Virus record (IMG/VR): IMGVR_UViG_3300049795_000023
Span: 1 to 57,828 of that record
From: a virus
Taxonomy: Duplodnaviria > Caudoviricetes
Reading direction: 5' to 3' (one strand)
DNA length: 57,828 bases
Every line of letters begins with the position of its first letter. The first letter of the stretch is position 1. A model generated the notes under the pieces. It had not been told where the DNA came from, made no database searches, and was given only the letters and a program-made list of their open reading frames with translations. Below are positions 46,476-55,179 of this stretch, piece by piece. Both the position numbers and the translations under genes were made by a program.

Positions 46476-47174
46476 TCAGTGATTGAGAATTGAAAACGGA
46501 AATTTGCAACGTAGAGCATCTGACGGCGTAGACGCACTCGCAGGATTGATGGCAAAGCCAACTAGTGTCGCCTGCGTGTTGCCGTTAGTAAATGTTACGC
46601 TCAAGTCATTTGCGTTTACTTTATAGAAATGCAGCAAGTCGCGTGATGAAGCTGACGAACGGGCGGCGAAATCGACTTCTGGCGAAACTGACGCTGTTAG
46701 TTGGCCATCTCCGTAAACGCCAGCGCCGCCGACAAGAATGCCACCTGCAGGACATGCAAGCGTCACTGACATGGGCGAAAACTGATTGCTGTCCGCAGAT
46801 GTCACTGGCGTTGTGTCTGGCGTCGTTTGATCGACGTTTTCAGCACAGAACGCCATGAATTTTGCACCCCAGCCAGTCCAAGCCGAAACCGAAACTTGCA
46901 GAGTGCGTGTGCCAGGCGATGGTGCCAATATCCTGTACACATAGGTGTTTGTGTTTTGAGCAAATGACGAATTGCGTACCGCAGTCATCGGTACACCGTC
47001 TAATGTCGGTGTATTCCATGTCCCGTCATCTCCTCCACCGAATAAACCGACGAGTAGATATATTGCTAGATTGGAACCAGAACTAACAACGACTGACAAA
47101 TCCTGACTCAGTGGACTCGGACCTACAGCGCCGACGTATTCGACAATGCTACCGGATTGAATTGTGACTGACAT
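46476..47174 (-). CDS. beta-sandwich/lectin-like hypothetical protein
   Basis: AAGGA RBS; Ser/Thr/Val-rich; DGVPMT..., YRILAPS.GT. Confidence 0.7.
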   Translation of the reverse strand: MSVTIQSGSIVEYVGAVGPSPLSQDLSVVVSSGSNLAIYLLVGLFGGGDDGTWNTPTLDGVPMTAVRNSSFAQNTNTYVYRILAPSPGTRTLQVSVSAWTGWGAKFMAFCAENVDQTTPDTTPVTSADSNQFSPMSVTLACPAGGILVGGAGVYGDGQLTASVSPEVDFAARSSASSRDLLHFYKVNANDLSVTFTNGNTQATLVGFAINPASASTPSDALRCKFPFSILNH

Positions 47175-47209
47175 ATCGTCCTTTAATTGTGACGCAGCTC
47201 GACAGCCAT

Positions 47210-47392
47210 CTACGGCGCTGCGCGCCCGACATACAGGACGACACCGCTGGACGTATGAAAACTAACATTCACTGGCACTTTGTTGTAAACCGCAAAGTTC
47301 TGTGTAATGTCGACCGTCAACGATGCCGGCACATTTAACTTAGCGGAATCGCCAATTGGAACAGAAGCTAGAGGATAGTTGCCGAGTAACAT
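47210..47392 (-). CDS. 60-aa adaptor-like protein with one 14-aa repeat
   Basis: MLLGNYPLASVPIG...VDITQNFAVYNKV. Confidence 0.65.
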   Translation of the reverse strand: MLLGNYPLASVPIGDSAKLNVPASLTVDITQNFAVYNKVPVNVSFHTSSGVVLYVGRAAP

Positions 47393-47393
47393 A

Positions 47394-48431
47394 TCAGTTA
47401 CTCAACATGATCTGCCAGTTGCTATTATCGGACTGAAGCAGCGCCCACTTGCCAGCAGTCGCCGCCAGGATGGCAGTTCCTGCTGAGCCTCCAGCCTGCG
47501 GAACAACGTTGCTCGATGCCGAAACCACGAGCTGAGCCTGATGATTCTTGATGAACAACCAACGACCAGGGTAGCTCGCTGCCGCCGGCAATGTGGCAGT
47601 GCAAGTAGAGCCTGACTTGTTGTTGATGATTGAAGTTTCGGTGGCGACCACGGTGAAGTCGGCCGTCTTCGTGACTGGGACACCCGTGCCGAGTGCACTG
47701 CCGGTGAGCTGGCCGAGCGCAGCCACCTCTGTGTCGCTTATCGTAAGCGACTGCACTCTGGTCGTAGAGCCAATGGGCGTAGTGCCGATACGAGCCTGGC
47801 AACCCGTAGCAGTGTCAGTCCAATTCTCACTCGCATTGAACGAAAACGCGCCGGCATTGCCGCTGTAGACAGTCGCTTTGTAGCCGGAAGCGAGGAATGA
47901 GAAAAACGATGCACCGGTGACGATTGCGCTTTTCGAGGCATTGGTTCCGTTCGCCCGGCGCATCACCACCTGAGGGGTAGTCGCAAAGGAATCAATTCCA
48001 ATTCCGCTGGCAACGCCGTCCGCTCCGCCCACCTGGATGCGCTGCACAGGTGACCACGCTGGCAAGTCGACAGCGTTGCCGTTGCAGACGATCGTAGAGG
48101 GCGTTGCGGCAGCGACCTTGGCTGCGGTTACCGCGAGCCCTACGCGCTTGGTGCCGGCTGCAAATGAGACTGCAGCGCCAGCATTGGAGCTGGCGTGCAC
48201 CGTTGTCCGGGTGAAGACGCCTCCTGTGCCCCACGTACCAATTCCAGTTTCCCAGGCGCCAGTCGGGACGCCTGACGCGTCGACCTCTTCGGCATAGTAG
48301 TAGGCTGTATCGCCGTTTGCGCACACTGAGGCGAATGTGCGAAAGCCCACCACCGCACCGGCCAGCGTCAATGCGCCGGTGCCGGTGGTGGTTGTCGTCT
48401 CCAGGACGCGGTCAGCGACAATTTCAGTCAT
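47394..48431 (-). CDS. fibre-like protein
   Basis: ADRVLETTTTTGTG..TL.GA N-domain, WETGIGT, C-terminal LPAAA...LQSD..NWQIM domain seen in phage fibres. Confidence 0.75.
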   Translation of the reverse strand: MTEIVADRVLETTTTTGTGALTLAGAVVGFRTFASVCANGDTAYYYAEEVDASGVPTGAWETGIGTWGTGGVFTRTTVHASSNAGAAVSFAAGTKRVGLAVTAAKVAAATPSTIVCNGNAVDLPAWSPVQRIQVGGADGVASGIGIDSFATTPQVVMRRANGTNASKSAIVTGASFFSFLASGYKATVYSGNAGAFSFNASENWTDTATGCQARIGTTPIGSTTRVQSLTISDTEVAALGQLTGSALGTGVPVTKTADFTVVATETSIINNKSGSTCTATLPAAASYPGRWLFIKNHQAQLVVSASSNVVPQAGGSAGTAILAATAGKWALLQSDNSNWQIMLSN

Positions 48432-48443
48432 GGCGCCGCCGGC

Positions 48444-48941
48444 TTACAGCGTGTCGAACTTGAATCGGATTGACCAGGGGTTTGACGCTCCCGCGGCCGC
48501 CGACGCGTTGATGATCCGCTTGAACCAGAATGCCTTCGCCTGGCCAGGGGGGATATCCGCGCCCAACGCCACCGAAGCGCCCTCGCTGGCACCAGCTGAG
48601 AACGTCACGCCGGACGGCGCTGTATTCTCGTTGGCGATTGCGGTTTCGTTGGCGTTGACCGCGGCCGCGCCCCAGCCGAACTCAATTGACGAATCCGAAG
48701 CAGGCGTGTCTGAAAGAACCCAGGCCTTTGGTGACAGCATCGACAGCGTTGCATGGGCGTTGTGCACGTAGACGCAGCGGTATTCCGTGTCGCCGGCAAG
48801 CGCTTCCGCGCTGGAAACCGTGTCGAAGATGTTCCCCGACAGCACGGTCGACGACTTGGCGCCGCCAATCGACGCATCCTTGTCGGTGTTGCTCGATCCG
48901 CCGCTTAGACGGATCTCGATATCGCCAGATACGATTGACAT
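48444..48941 (-). CDS. structural protein paralogous to the N-domain of the 1250-aa tail protein
   Basis: I.SGDI.I..S...GG...NIFD.VS...A.AG...YR..YV vs I.QGDV.L..S...GGG...NEIFDDIS..ARAGG...RKIFV. Confidence 0.75.
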   Translation of the reverse strand: MSIVSGDIEIRLSGGSSNTDKDASIGGAKSSTVLSGNIFDTVSSAEALAGDTEYRCVYVHNAHATLSMLSPKAWVLSDTPASDSSIEFGWGAAAVNANETAIANENTAPSGVTFSAGASEGASVALGADIPPGQAKAFWFKRIINASAAAGASNPWSIRFKFDTL

Positions 48942-48949
48942 GACAGTCC

Positions 48950-51004
48950 TTATTGAATAGTGGTTTCAACGGCAGTGGATTTGATGATGTTTCCGTAAAC
49001 GTCTCGCTCAACCGTGGTTTCTGTCTGACGGTTAGGCAATTCGACGACGACATCGGGCGGCTGCACGGTATTGTTGACGATGACTTCCGGCGCCGGCAGG
49101 TTGTTCACGACAACCTCAGTCGGCTTGACATCGTTTGTCACCTCGACCTTGACTTCCGGCGCCGGCAGGTTGTTCACGACAACCTCAGTCGGCTCGACAT
49201 CGTTTGTCACCTCGACCTTGACTTCCGGCGCCGGTAGGTTGTTGTGCACGTTGAACACCGGCGCTGCGAGCGGCTCGGGCTTGTTCGCCGTCATCAGCGC
49301 TGCCGTGCCGGCGAACAGCTTTGCGACCAGATCGACAACGTCAATTTCATTCTTCCAAGCTGGCTTGTCGCTCTTGACCGGCTTCTTTTGGCCAGGGTCG
49401 GGCTTGCCGGTCTTCGGATCAACTTGAAGCGGGTCGGGCGGCCCCAGGCCGAACGCGTCTTCGCGTTCCTTGTCTTCCTTGCGCTCTTCGTCGACTGTTA
49501 CGGCGTCTTCTCCGCGCTCCGCGATGACGGATTGCCGCGAACGGAAGCCAGCATCGACTTCCATCTGTCGGCCTTGAATGTCCTGGAACGGGTGAATGTC
49601 TGGCCAGGCATCCGTTGCCCATTCGCAATTCTGCCAATCCTTGGCGTCTTCCAGCGGAATGACATCGTACGCAACGCCGACCGCGACCCATGCGTCACGC
49701 ACCTTCTGGCAGAACTGTGGAATTAGAATCAACCATTGGCGTTGCTCGCAGAAACGGCGCCATTCGTTGATGATGATCCGCAGCGTCCGGTCGGATATGT
49801 TGACCAGGTCACCGCTGAAAATCTCATTCGGCAGGTTGCGCCCGGCGGCAAGCGCCATGTTTTCGGTTCTGACGTATTCGCTGTAGGTCGTGCCGGCTTC
49901 CGGCGGATTGCTCCACGTCATATCCTCGTTAGGCCCCAGCACATTCAGCGCGCCTGGTTCCATCGCAATGCTCGCCGTGCCGTCCGTGTTCATATTGAGT
50001 GGCATGCCAGTCAGCGGGTCGTGCGTTGGCGACATGGCTGTACCGGTCGTCTGCTTGATAAAGCCAACCAGCAGATTCGCGAGCTTTTGACGTTCCAGGA
50101 CTGAGCCGCGGTAGTCAAGCATCTCGCGCATGTAGGTTAAGACAGGCGCAGCATCGGGAACGCCGCGAATCTGCCCCGCGCGCAGCGGCTCATACAGGTG
50201 ACACACGTCACTAGCCGGTATGCGCACCAGATCGCTCATGTTGACCGACGCTGTAACGCCGTCAGTGGGGTGTTCTTTGTAGAAATAGTAGGCAACGCGG
50301 CGCCCGCGTTTGTCGAATTCGATCCCCTGACGCACCCTGTTGCCGACCATCGCTTGCGGCCAGTAGTCAGAATCCAGCTCGACAGGACAGTAATCGCTTT
50401 CCAGAATCTGCAATTGCAGTGGGATCTTCATCCCAAACGAGTCGTCCCGATAGCGAAATCGGATGAACGCCTCGCCAGAAACCATCCATTCCAAGGTAGA
50501 CAGCAATTCCAGCCCATAGAAGTCCAGAACACAGTCGGCGTCAGCCTGCTTGCACCACTCGATCCACTCTTCGACCTGACGAGCACGTTTCTCTTTGGCC
50601 AGGCCTCGCTTTGGACGCGGCATGATCCCCACGCCGATGAGCGCCGATCCCCAGCGCCGATCTGCCGCACTGCTGCCCCAGTCGTTGCGCGAGGCATCGC
50701 GCGACCGGTCCTGCAGCTTCTGTAAACCCATCGTCGCGACGTTGGGACCGGACCGCGGCGGGTTCCAACCCCTCAACCTGCGTCCGTTGCCTGCCCCATC
50801 GTAGCGGTTGACCGCCGAAACCAGCCCGTTTTCTGAAACATCAAAACCCTGAGCAGTTTTTTCTTTTGACGGTGCTGATTTCGGCGATGACTTTGACGGC
50901 TTGCTACGCGGTTGCTGCGCTTGTGAAGACTGTGAATCGCCGAAAAGATGCCTGACGCTCTTCTCGGCCAGGGGCGGCCGGCCGGGCTTTCGTCCGCCAG
51001 CCAT
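48950..51004 (-). CDS. portal protein, lambda gpB family, with C-terminal repeat extension
   Basis: RSRDASRND, LDFYGL, GIEFD..GRRVAY, R.GQIRGVP, IAERGED; TGATG overlap with gpW. Confidence 0.92.
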   Translation of the reverse strand: MAGGRKPGRPPLAEKSVRHLFGDSQSSQAQQPRSKPSKSSPKSAPSKEKTAQGFDVSENGLVSAVNRYDGAGNGRRLRGWNPPRSGPNVATMGLQKLQDRSRDASRNDWGSSAADRRWGSALIGVGIMPRPKRGLAKEKRARQVEEWIEWCKQADADCVLDFYGLELLSTLEWMVSGEAFIRFRYRDDSFGMKIPLQLQILESDYCPVELDSDYWPQAMVGNRVRQGIEFDKRGRRVAYYFYKEHPTDGVTASVNMSDLVRIPASDVCHLYEPLRAGQIRGVPDAAPVLTYMREMLDYRGSVLERQKLANLLVGFIKQTTGTAMSPTHDPLTGMPLNMNTDGTASIAMEPGALNVLGPNEDMTWSNPPEAGTTYSEYVRTENMALAAGRNLPNEIFSGDLVNISDRTLRIIINEWRRFCEQRQWLILIPQFCQKVRDAWVAVGVAYDVIPLEDAKDWQNCEWATDAWPDIHPFQDIQGRQMEVDAGFRSRQSVIAERGEDAVTVDEERKEDKEREDAFGLGPPDPLQVDPKTGKPDPGQKKPVKSDKPAWKNEIDVVDLVAKLFAGTAALMTANKPEPLAAPVFNVHNNLPAPEVKVEVTNDVEPTEVVVNNLPAPEVKVEVTNDVKPTEVVVNNLPAPEVIVNNTVQPPDVVVELPNRQTETTVERDVYGNIIKSTAVETTIQ
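49081..49243. repeat. 69-bp in-frame tandem repeat (about 2.4 copies) in the portal 3' end
   Basis: Encodes NNLPAPEVKVEVTNDVxPTEVVV. Confidence 0.92.
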
Positions 51005-51234
51005 CACCTGCACCCTGAATCATCGAACCCACGACCGCCGAAATACGCCCTGAACGTGCGAATCGGTGGCGTTGTACCTTCGGCTACCGCCAGCTCATCC
51101 ATGATGATCTGGCGAGCCGTCTTAAGCTCTTCCATGGAGCGGTAACTTACGCTCTGATTGCCAATTGTGACTTGCTTTGCCCCGCTGGCAATGGCTTCGT
51201 TCACATTTATCAGGTCTTGCGTGGTAAATGCCAT
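51004..51234 (-). CDS. gpW-like head-tail joining protein
   Basis: AIASG...V......V.YRSMEEL..A. Confidence 0.85.
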   Translation of the reverse strand: MAFTTQDLINVNEAIASGAKQVTIGNQSVSYRSMEELKTARQIIMDELAVAEGTTPPIRTFRAYFGGRGFDDSGCR

Positions 51235-51268
51235 GCGAATTTCCAAAAATGCCGAAGATTTCGCACAG

Positions 51269-51308
51269 ATTCTAGGGAGCTAGCTCTAAATTTCGCGGTC
51301 AGCCACTA
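51269..51308 (-). promoter_or_regulatory. putative activator-dependent late promoter
   Basis: TAGTGGCTGACCGC-N20-TAGAAT. Confidence 0.7.
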
Positions 51309-51342
51309 CGCAAAAATCACCCTTAATTTTCAAAATTGGTCG

Positions 51343-53520
51343 TTAATTGTTCATGTAATTCGACCTTACGACGCGTCTGGCAGGGGCCGGTTTAGGCGTT
51401 GCCGGGGTGATTTGCCTGTTTTTCCAGTCGATCCGCGTGTTTTCCTGCAATTCGCGCCGAATGTCGGACGTTACGCAGTCGCTGTTGTCTGGCATTGGCT
51501 CTGCCCAGCTCGGGGGATTTAGCCAGGAGATGTGATCGACCCCCAGGCGCAGGCAGCATGCCCTGATGTAGACCGAGCAGTCAAACGCCTCGTTGCGCGC
51601 TCGAATCTGCACCCATGTACCATTTTCCTGGCGTATTTCCGATCCAAATTCATCGAGCATGGACTGCGTCATCCAGGCTGGAATATGGATGTAGCCTGGC
51701 CCGGGTGTCGGTCGCTTCAATCCCTTGTCTACAGCGTCCTTTAGCTTGTTTGAATTCAACCTGAACAGCTGGATGTCTCCTACTTCCTTGCCAGAGCGCC
51801 CACCAACCCATGTTTCAACAATCATGGCCATGACTGAATCTGATTTTTTACCTTCACCTTTGACCAGGATGAAGCGATCCCCAAAGCCTTCGGCGCGCGC
51901 CCGGCGCGACCAGTCGTATGCTTTGTCCGTCACCCCGTCTTCGCCGCCCGAGTCGACCGCAGTCATGCGCACGCGCAGCTCAATCCCTTCACACTGAGTG
52001 CGGTAGGTAGCCCGCAAGACCTTTTCCGTAATCAAATCCCAGTCTTCTGCGTAGCGGGCAGGGTCTAACGGCGCTTTTGGACCGTCCGGACCCTCAGTGC
52101 CCTCGCGCATTGACTCACGAATTGAAAAACGATCAATTGGCCACTGTTCCAGATAAGGCCCAACTGCGTGCACCTGCACCACAAAATGAGGGTTTCGGCC
52201 GCCCTGAATGTCCACAGCAGCTGCAATAAATCGCGTTTCTTCCGGGCAAACGTAGCGAATCAGGCCAGGTTCCTTGCGCTGCGCAGGGTCTAACGCAGTG
52301 CGTTTGGCCTCCAGCAGCCGGCGGCTCATGTAGCAAGCCCCCTGGTCAACGTTCGTCGTGGTTTTCAGCTGCGTTTCCTCGCCGGTGACCGCGTAATGAC
52401 GCAAGGCGTTAAGGTGCTTCTCCAGCAATGACGCCCAGGACTGGTATGCCGCTGCAATACCGCCAAGCCAGAACGTTGCCGATGCGGATTCACGTGGCGT
52501 GCCGATAAGCTCGTCTCTGCACGTCAGTATGTGACCTTCGCGCAGCCACCGGCCGCGTAAATTCATTTCGTATTTGGCTTTCGGTCCGATTTGACAGCGG
52601 TTGTGCGGGCAGATAATGCGATTGTGTTCCTGCACAATCGTGTAAATGTTCGCATCTCGAATTGTCTCGATCAGAACGTCGTCAGGCGGCAGCTCGAACA
52701 GACTCAAATCTGGTTTTGGCTCGAACCAGTAGCCGCAAAGCGGGCATTTCCAGTACCAACGACGCCTGTCACCGGCGTTATACAGCCCGATGATCCCCGT
52801 CACGTTGGGGCCTTCGTGCGCACCGCTGGGAATAAAATTCGGGTCTGTGATTTCTCCGCCCGGCGATGATTCGGCCAGGGCCATACCTCTGGATTTGTAG
52901 GTCTGCGTCCGCTTCAACAGCAGGTTGAACAGCGGGCCTTCGCCGTCAACGTCTTCTCGATTCACGATCCGATCCAGATCGGTTACCGCGCCATAGCGGA
53001 AGCTGGAGGATGACAAATTGGCGATTGTTGGCCAGCCAATCTTTAGCAATGTCCCGTTGCGGAACACCTTGTCATAAACGTTGTCGGCATGCTTCGACGG
53101 CGTCAGCTCTGCCTTCAGGTTGTCCGACGCGAGTGCTCTCTTTATGTCTGACTTCGAGAAGTCGCGAGCTTTCACCTCAGTCATTTGCACAATCAACATA
53201 TCGCCCGGGTCACTGGTCACTGCGTGCGTAAGCAGCCCCAGCAATAGCGCCGCGGATTTGCCTGTGCGTGCCGGCCCGACGAATATTTCAGACTCGTGTC
53301 GGCGAGACATCAGCACGTCCATCGGCTCGACCATGTAAGGCGTGCGGCTTGAATCCCAGAATCCGGCTACTTGGCCAGGGGAACTGAAATACAAATTCTG
53401 CGCCGCACTCTGTGACACCGTCAGCCGCTTTGACGGCAGCATGGCCTTCCAGCCAAACGCCACATCATGTGCAGCTCGACGCCCATGGTCAACATCGTCA
53501 ATCATCGAATCCGAGTTCAT
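51343..53520 (-). CDS. terL: terminase large subunit, lambda gpA family
   Basis: TPYMVEPMD, Walker A ARTGKS, GDRRRWYWKCPLC, AAVDIQ, VDSGG, RNEAFDC.VY. Confidence 0.93.
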   Translation of the reverse strand: MNSDSMIDDVDHGRRAAHDVAFGWKAMLPSKRLTVSQSAAQNLYFSSPGQVAGFWDSSRTPYMVEPMDVLMSRRHESEIFVGPARTGKSAALLLGLLTHAVTSDPGDMLIVQMTEVKARDFSKSDIKRALASDNLKAELTPSKHADNVYDKVFRNGTLLKIGWPTIANLSSSSFRYGAVTDLDRIVNREDVDGEGPLFNLLLKRTQTYKSRGMALAESSPGGEITDPNFIPSGAHEGPNVTGIIGLYNAGDRRRWYWKCPLCGYWFEPKPDLSLFELPPDDVLIETIRDANIYTIVQEHNRIICPHNRCQIGPKAKYEMNLRGRWLREGHILTCRDELIGTPRESASATFWLGGIAAAYQSWASLLEKHLNALRHYAVTGEETQLKTTTNVDQGACYMSRRLLEAKRTALDPAQRKEPGLIRYVCPEETRFIAAAVDIQGGRNPHFVVQVHAVGPYLEQWPIDRFSIRESMREGTEGPDGPKAPLDPARYAEDWDLITEKVLRATYRTQCEGIELRVRMTAVDSGGEDGVTDKAYDWSRRARAEGFGDRFILVKGEGKKSDSVMAMIVETWVGGRSGKEVGDIQLFRLNSNKLKDAVDKGLKRPTPGPGYIHIPAWMTQSMLDEFGSEIRQENGTWVQIRARNEAFDCSVYIRACCLRLGVDHISWLNPPSWAEPMPDNSDCVTSDIRRELQENTRIDWKNRQITPATPKPAPARRVVRSNYMNN

Positions 53521-54023
53521 GGCTGCGCTTCCTCATCTTCGCCTTCCAGGAACATGTCTCGGAGCTTGTTTGCGAGGTTCTGCTTTGCCGAATCAATGAA
53601 CGCGCGAATCCCTTCGACCAGGTCAAGGTCGAGCCCAAACTTGGCTTCCAGTTCGTCTGGGATTGCATCTAGCGACTGCGAACACATGGCAAACGCCCGC
53701 GTTGATTTGAGCTGCACGTCTTCACGGTAGACCAGGCGACCGGCCATCACGCCGGTATCCATCTCAGCCTTTTCGGCAGCTGCTGTTTCCCTGCGCGCCC
53801 GTCCTTTCTCGTACTTCTGGTATTCCGTATACCCCAGGTCGGACAGTTCGTCGTAGGACTTTTCAGAGCGCTTCTTCCTTGCGCCCGCACGCGATTTTTT
53901 ACCGCTGCTTCCCATTGCGATGAGCTGGTCTGCAGGGCTGTTGAACAGCATTTCTGGATGCTGTAGCGCCGGATTGAATATCGAATCAAGGTTGTTCATA
54001 TAAAGGCCACTGGTTGTGTCCAT
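53517..54023 (-). CDS. terS: terminase small subunit
   Basis: ATGA-coupled to TerL; RARRE...AE.AE......G.LV and LDAIPD.L pattern; start may be 53999. Confidence 0.8.
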   Translation of the reverse strand: MDTTSGLYMNNLDSIFNPALQHPEMLFNSPADQLIAMGSSGKKSRAGARKKRSEKSYDELSDLGYTEYQKYEKGRARRETAAAEKAEMDTGVMAGRLVYREDVQLKSTRAFAMCSQSLDAIPDELEAKFGLDLDLVEGIRAFIDSAKQNLANKLRDMFLEGEDEEAQP

Positions 54024-54144
54024 AGGATTGGCGCATTTTATTGGTGTTTGGAATTAGTGGAAACCCTTATTTTGGCCAGGGTCGATTTCGTTTTCAGTCC
54101 AAAAATAAGCATCTGAATGAAAATCACATAAATTTGCGTTTAAA

Positions 54145-54187
54145 GCGCTCTCCGTTACCCGCATGAAAAGCATTCATACAGGGTCCC
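54145..54187 (-). other. candidate cos packaging site (cosQ/cosN-like)
   Basis: Minus strand GGGACCC-N18-GCGGGTAACGGAGAGCGC about 120 bp upstream of terS, resembling lambda cosQ GGGTCCT followed by GC-rich cosN. Confidence 0.55.
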
Positions 54188-54398
54188 CTGGGGTAAACCA
54201 CTATTTACTAATCTAATGGATCAGAAACGAATGTGATAGATCAGATCTGATTCAAAAACATTCAAATTCTGATCGCAAATTTCAAAAAGCCATTCGCGAA
54301 GATCTGAACGTTGCTCTAAACCATATTCCTATATGAATCGCATAGATCAAGAATCAACCGAGAAGTTCAAAGCATCATGAAAACCATTCATGATGAAG

Positions 54399-54530
54399 CA
54401 CCCACCACCATGCACCCACCACCATGCACCCACCACCATGCACCCACCACCATGCACCCACCACCATGCACCCACCACCATGCACCCACCACCATGCACC
54501 CACCACCATGCACCCACCACCATGCACCCA
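54399..54530. repeat. 14-bp tandem repeat CACCCACCACCATG x9.4
   Basis: Nine identical units plus a partial. Confidence 0.98.
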
Positions 54531-54626
54531 GCTCGGCCATACCTATGAAGTGTGGAGAATTCCACTTGCGAGACAATTCCAATTTGGATTAGAATTGCTC
54601 ATCGCAAACCACTGAGACACCCCACC

Positions 54627-54836
54627 ATGGCCCTAATCCTCAATCTGACGAAGACAGCCGATCACGCAGTACGTTATGCGTCGACCATCTCCAAGCTGTC
54701 CACATTGCGCCGCACTGCACCAGTCCAGATGCATGCAGCTGTCGAGCAAGCACTGATTGCCCGTTTGCAAGATGATGCTTTGCGCGATGAACGCGAGCGT
54801 AAAGGCTGGGGCGTCCTCCACCCCCTTGATATTTGA
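54627..54836 (+). CDS. small early hypothetical protein
   Basis: ATG 54627, 69 aa. Confidence 0.6.
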   Translation: MALILNLTKTADHAVRYASTISKLSTLRRTAPVQMHAAVEQALIARLQDDALRDERERKGWGVLHPLDI

Positions 54837-54840
54837 AGCA

Positions 54841-54908
54841 AACCTAGGGTTCACCCGGGATACGAATTAAGAATTAACAATTCATAATTGACTCACGCAA
54901 ACAGGAGC
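54841..54908 (+). promoter_or_regulatory. early promoter/RBS cassette copy 1
   Basis: AACCTAGGGTTCACCCGGGATACGAATT...CATAATTGACT...AAACAGGAGC. Confidence 0.75.
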
Positions 54909-54915
54909 AAGCAAC

Positions 54916-55092
54916 ATGCCGACAGACTACACCGCCGCTTCGATTAGCCGTTACCTTAGCATCCTGCAGCGGAGCCGCATCCGGTACGCCGCCGCCCTTG
55001 AAACGAATGACACGAACGTGATGCTTGCCCAAAATTGCAAAATCAAAACGTGCCTTTTGCTACTGGAAGAACTGGGTGTCTGTCCACTCTAA
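54916..55092 (+). CDS. 58-aa hypothetical protein (not in ORF track)
   Basis: AGGAG RBS; follows cassette 1. Confidence 0.7.
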   Translation: MPTDYTAASISRYLSILQRSRIRYAAALETNDTNVMLAQNCKIKTCLLLLEELGVCPL

Positions 55093-55104
55093 TGTTGAGC
55101 CCAG

Positions 55105-55172
55105 AACCTAGGGTTCACCCGGGATACGAATTTAGAATTGTCGATCAATAATTGACTTATCGAAACAGGAGC
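55105..55172 (+). promoter_or_regulatory. early promoter/RBS cassette copy 2
   Basis: 28 bp identical to copy 1, then AATAATTGACT...AAACAGGAGC. Confidence 0.75.
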
Positions 55173-55179
55173 CACCACC

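Noticed and set aside
26176-53730. Numerous plus-strand ORFs opposite the late genes
   Set aside because: Antisense shadows of GC-rich coding sequence lacking RBS and motifs
54347-54615. ORFs with WWWVHGGG or HPPPCTHHH repeats
   Set aside because: Translations of a 14-bp repeat, open in several frames on both strands, without a clear RBS
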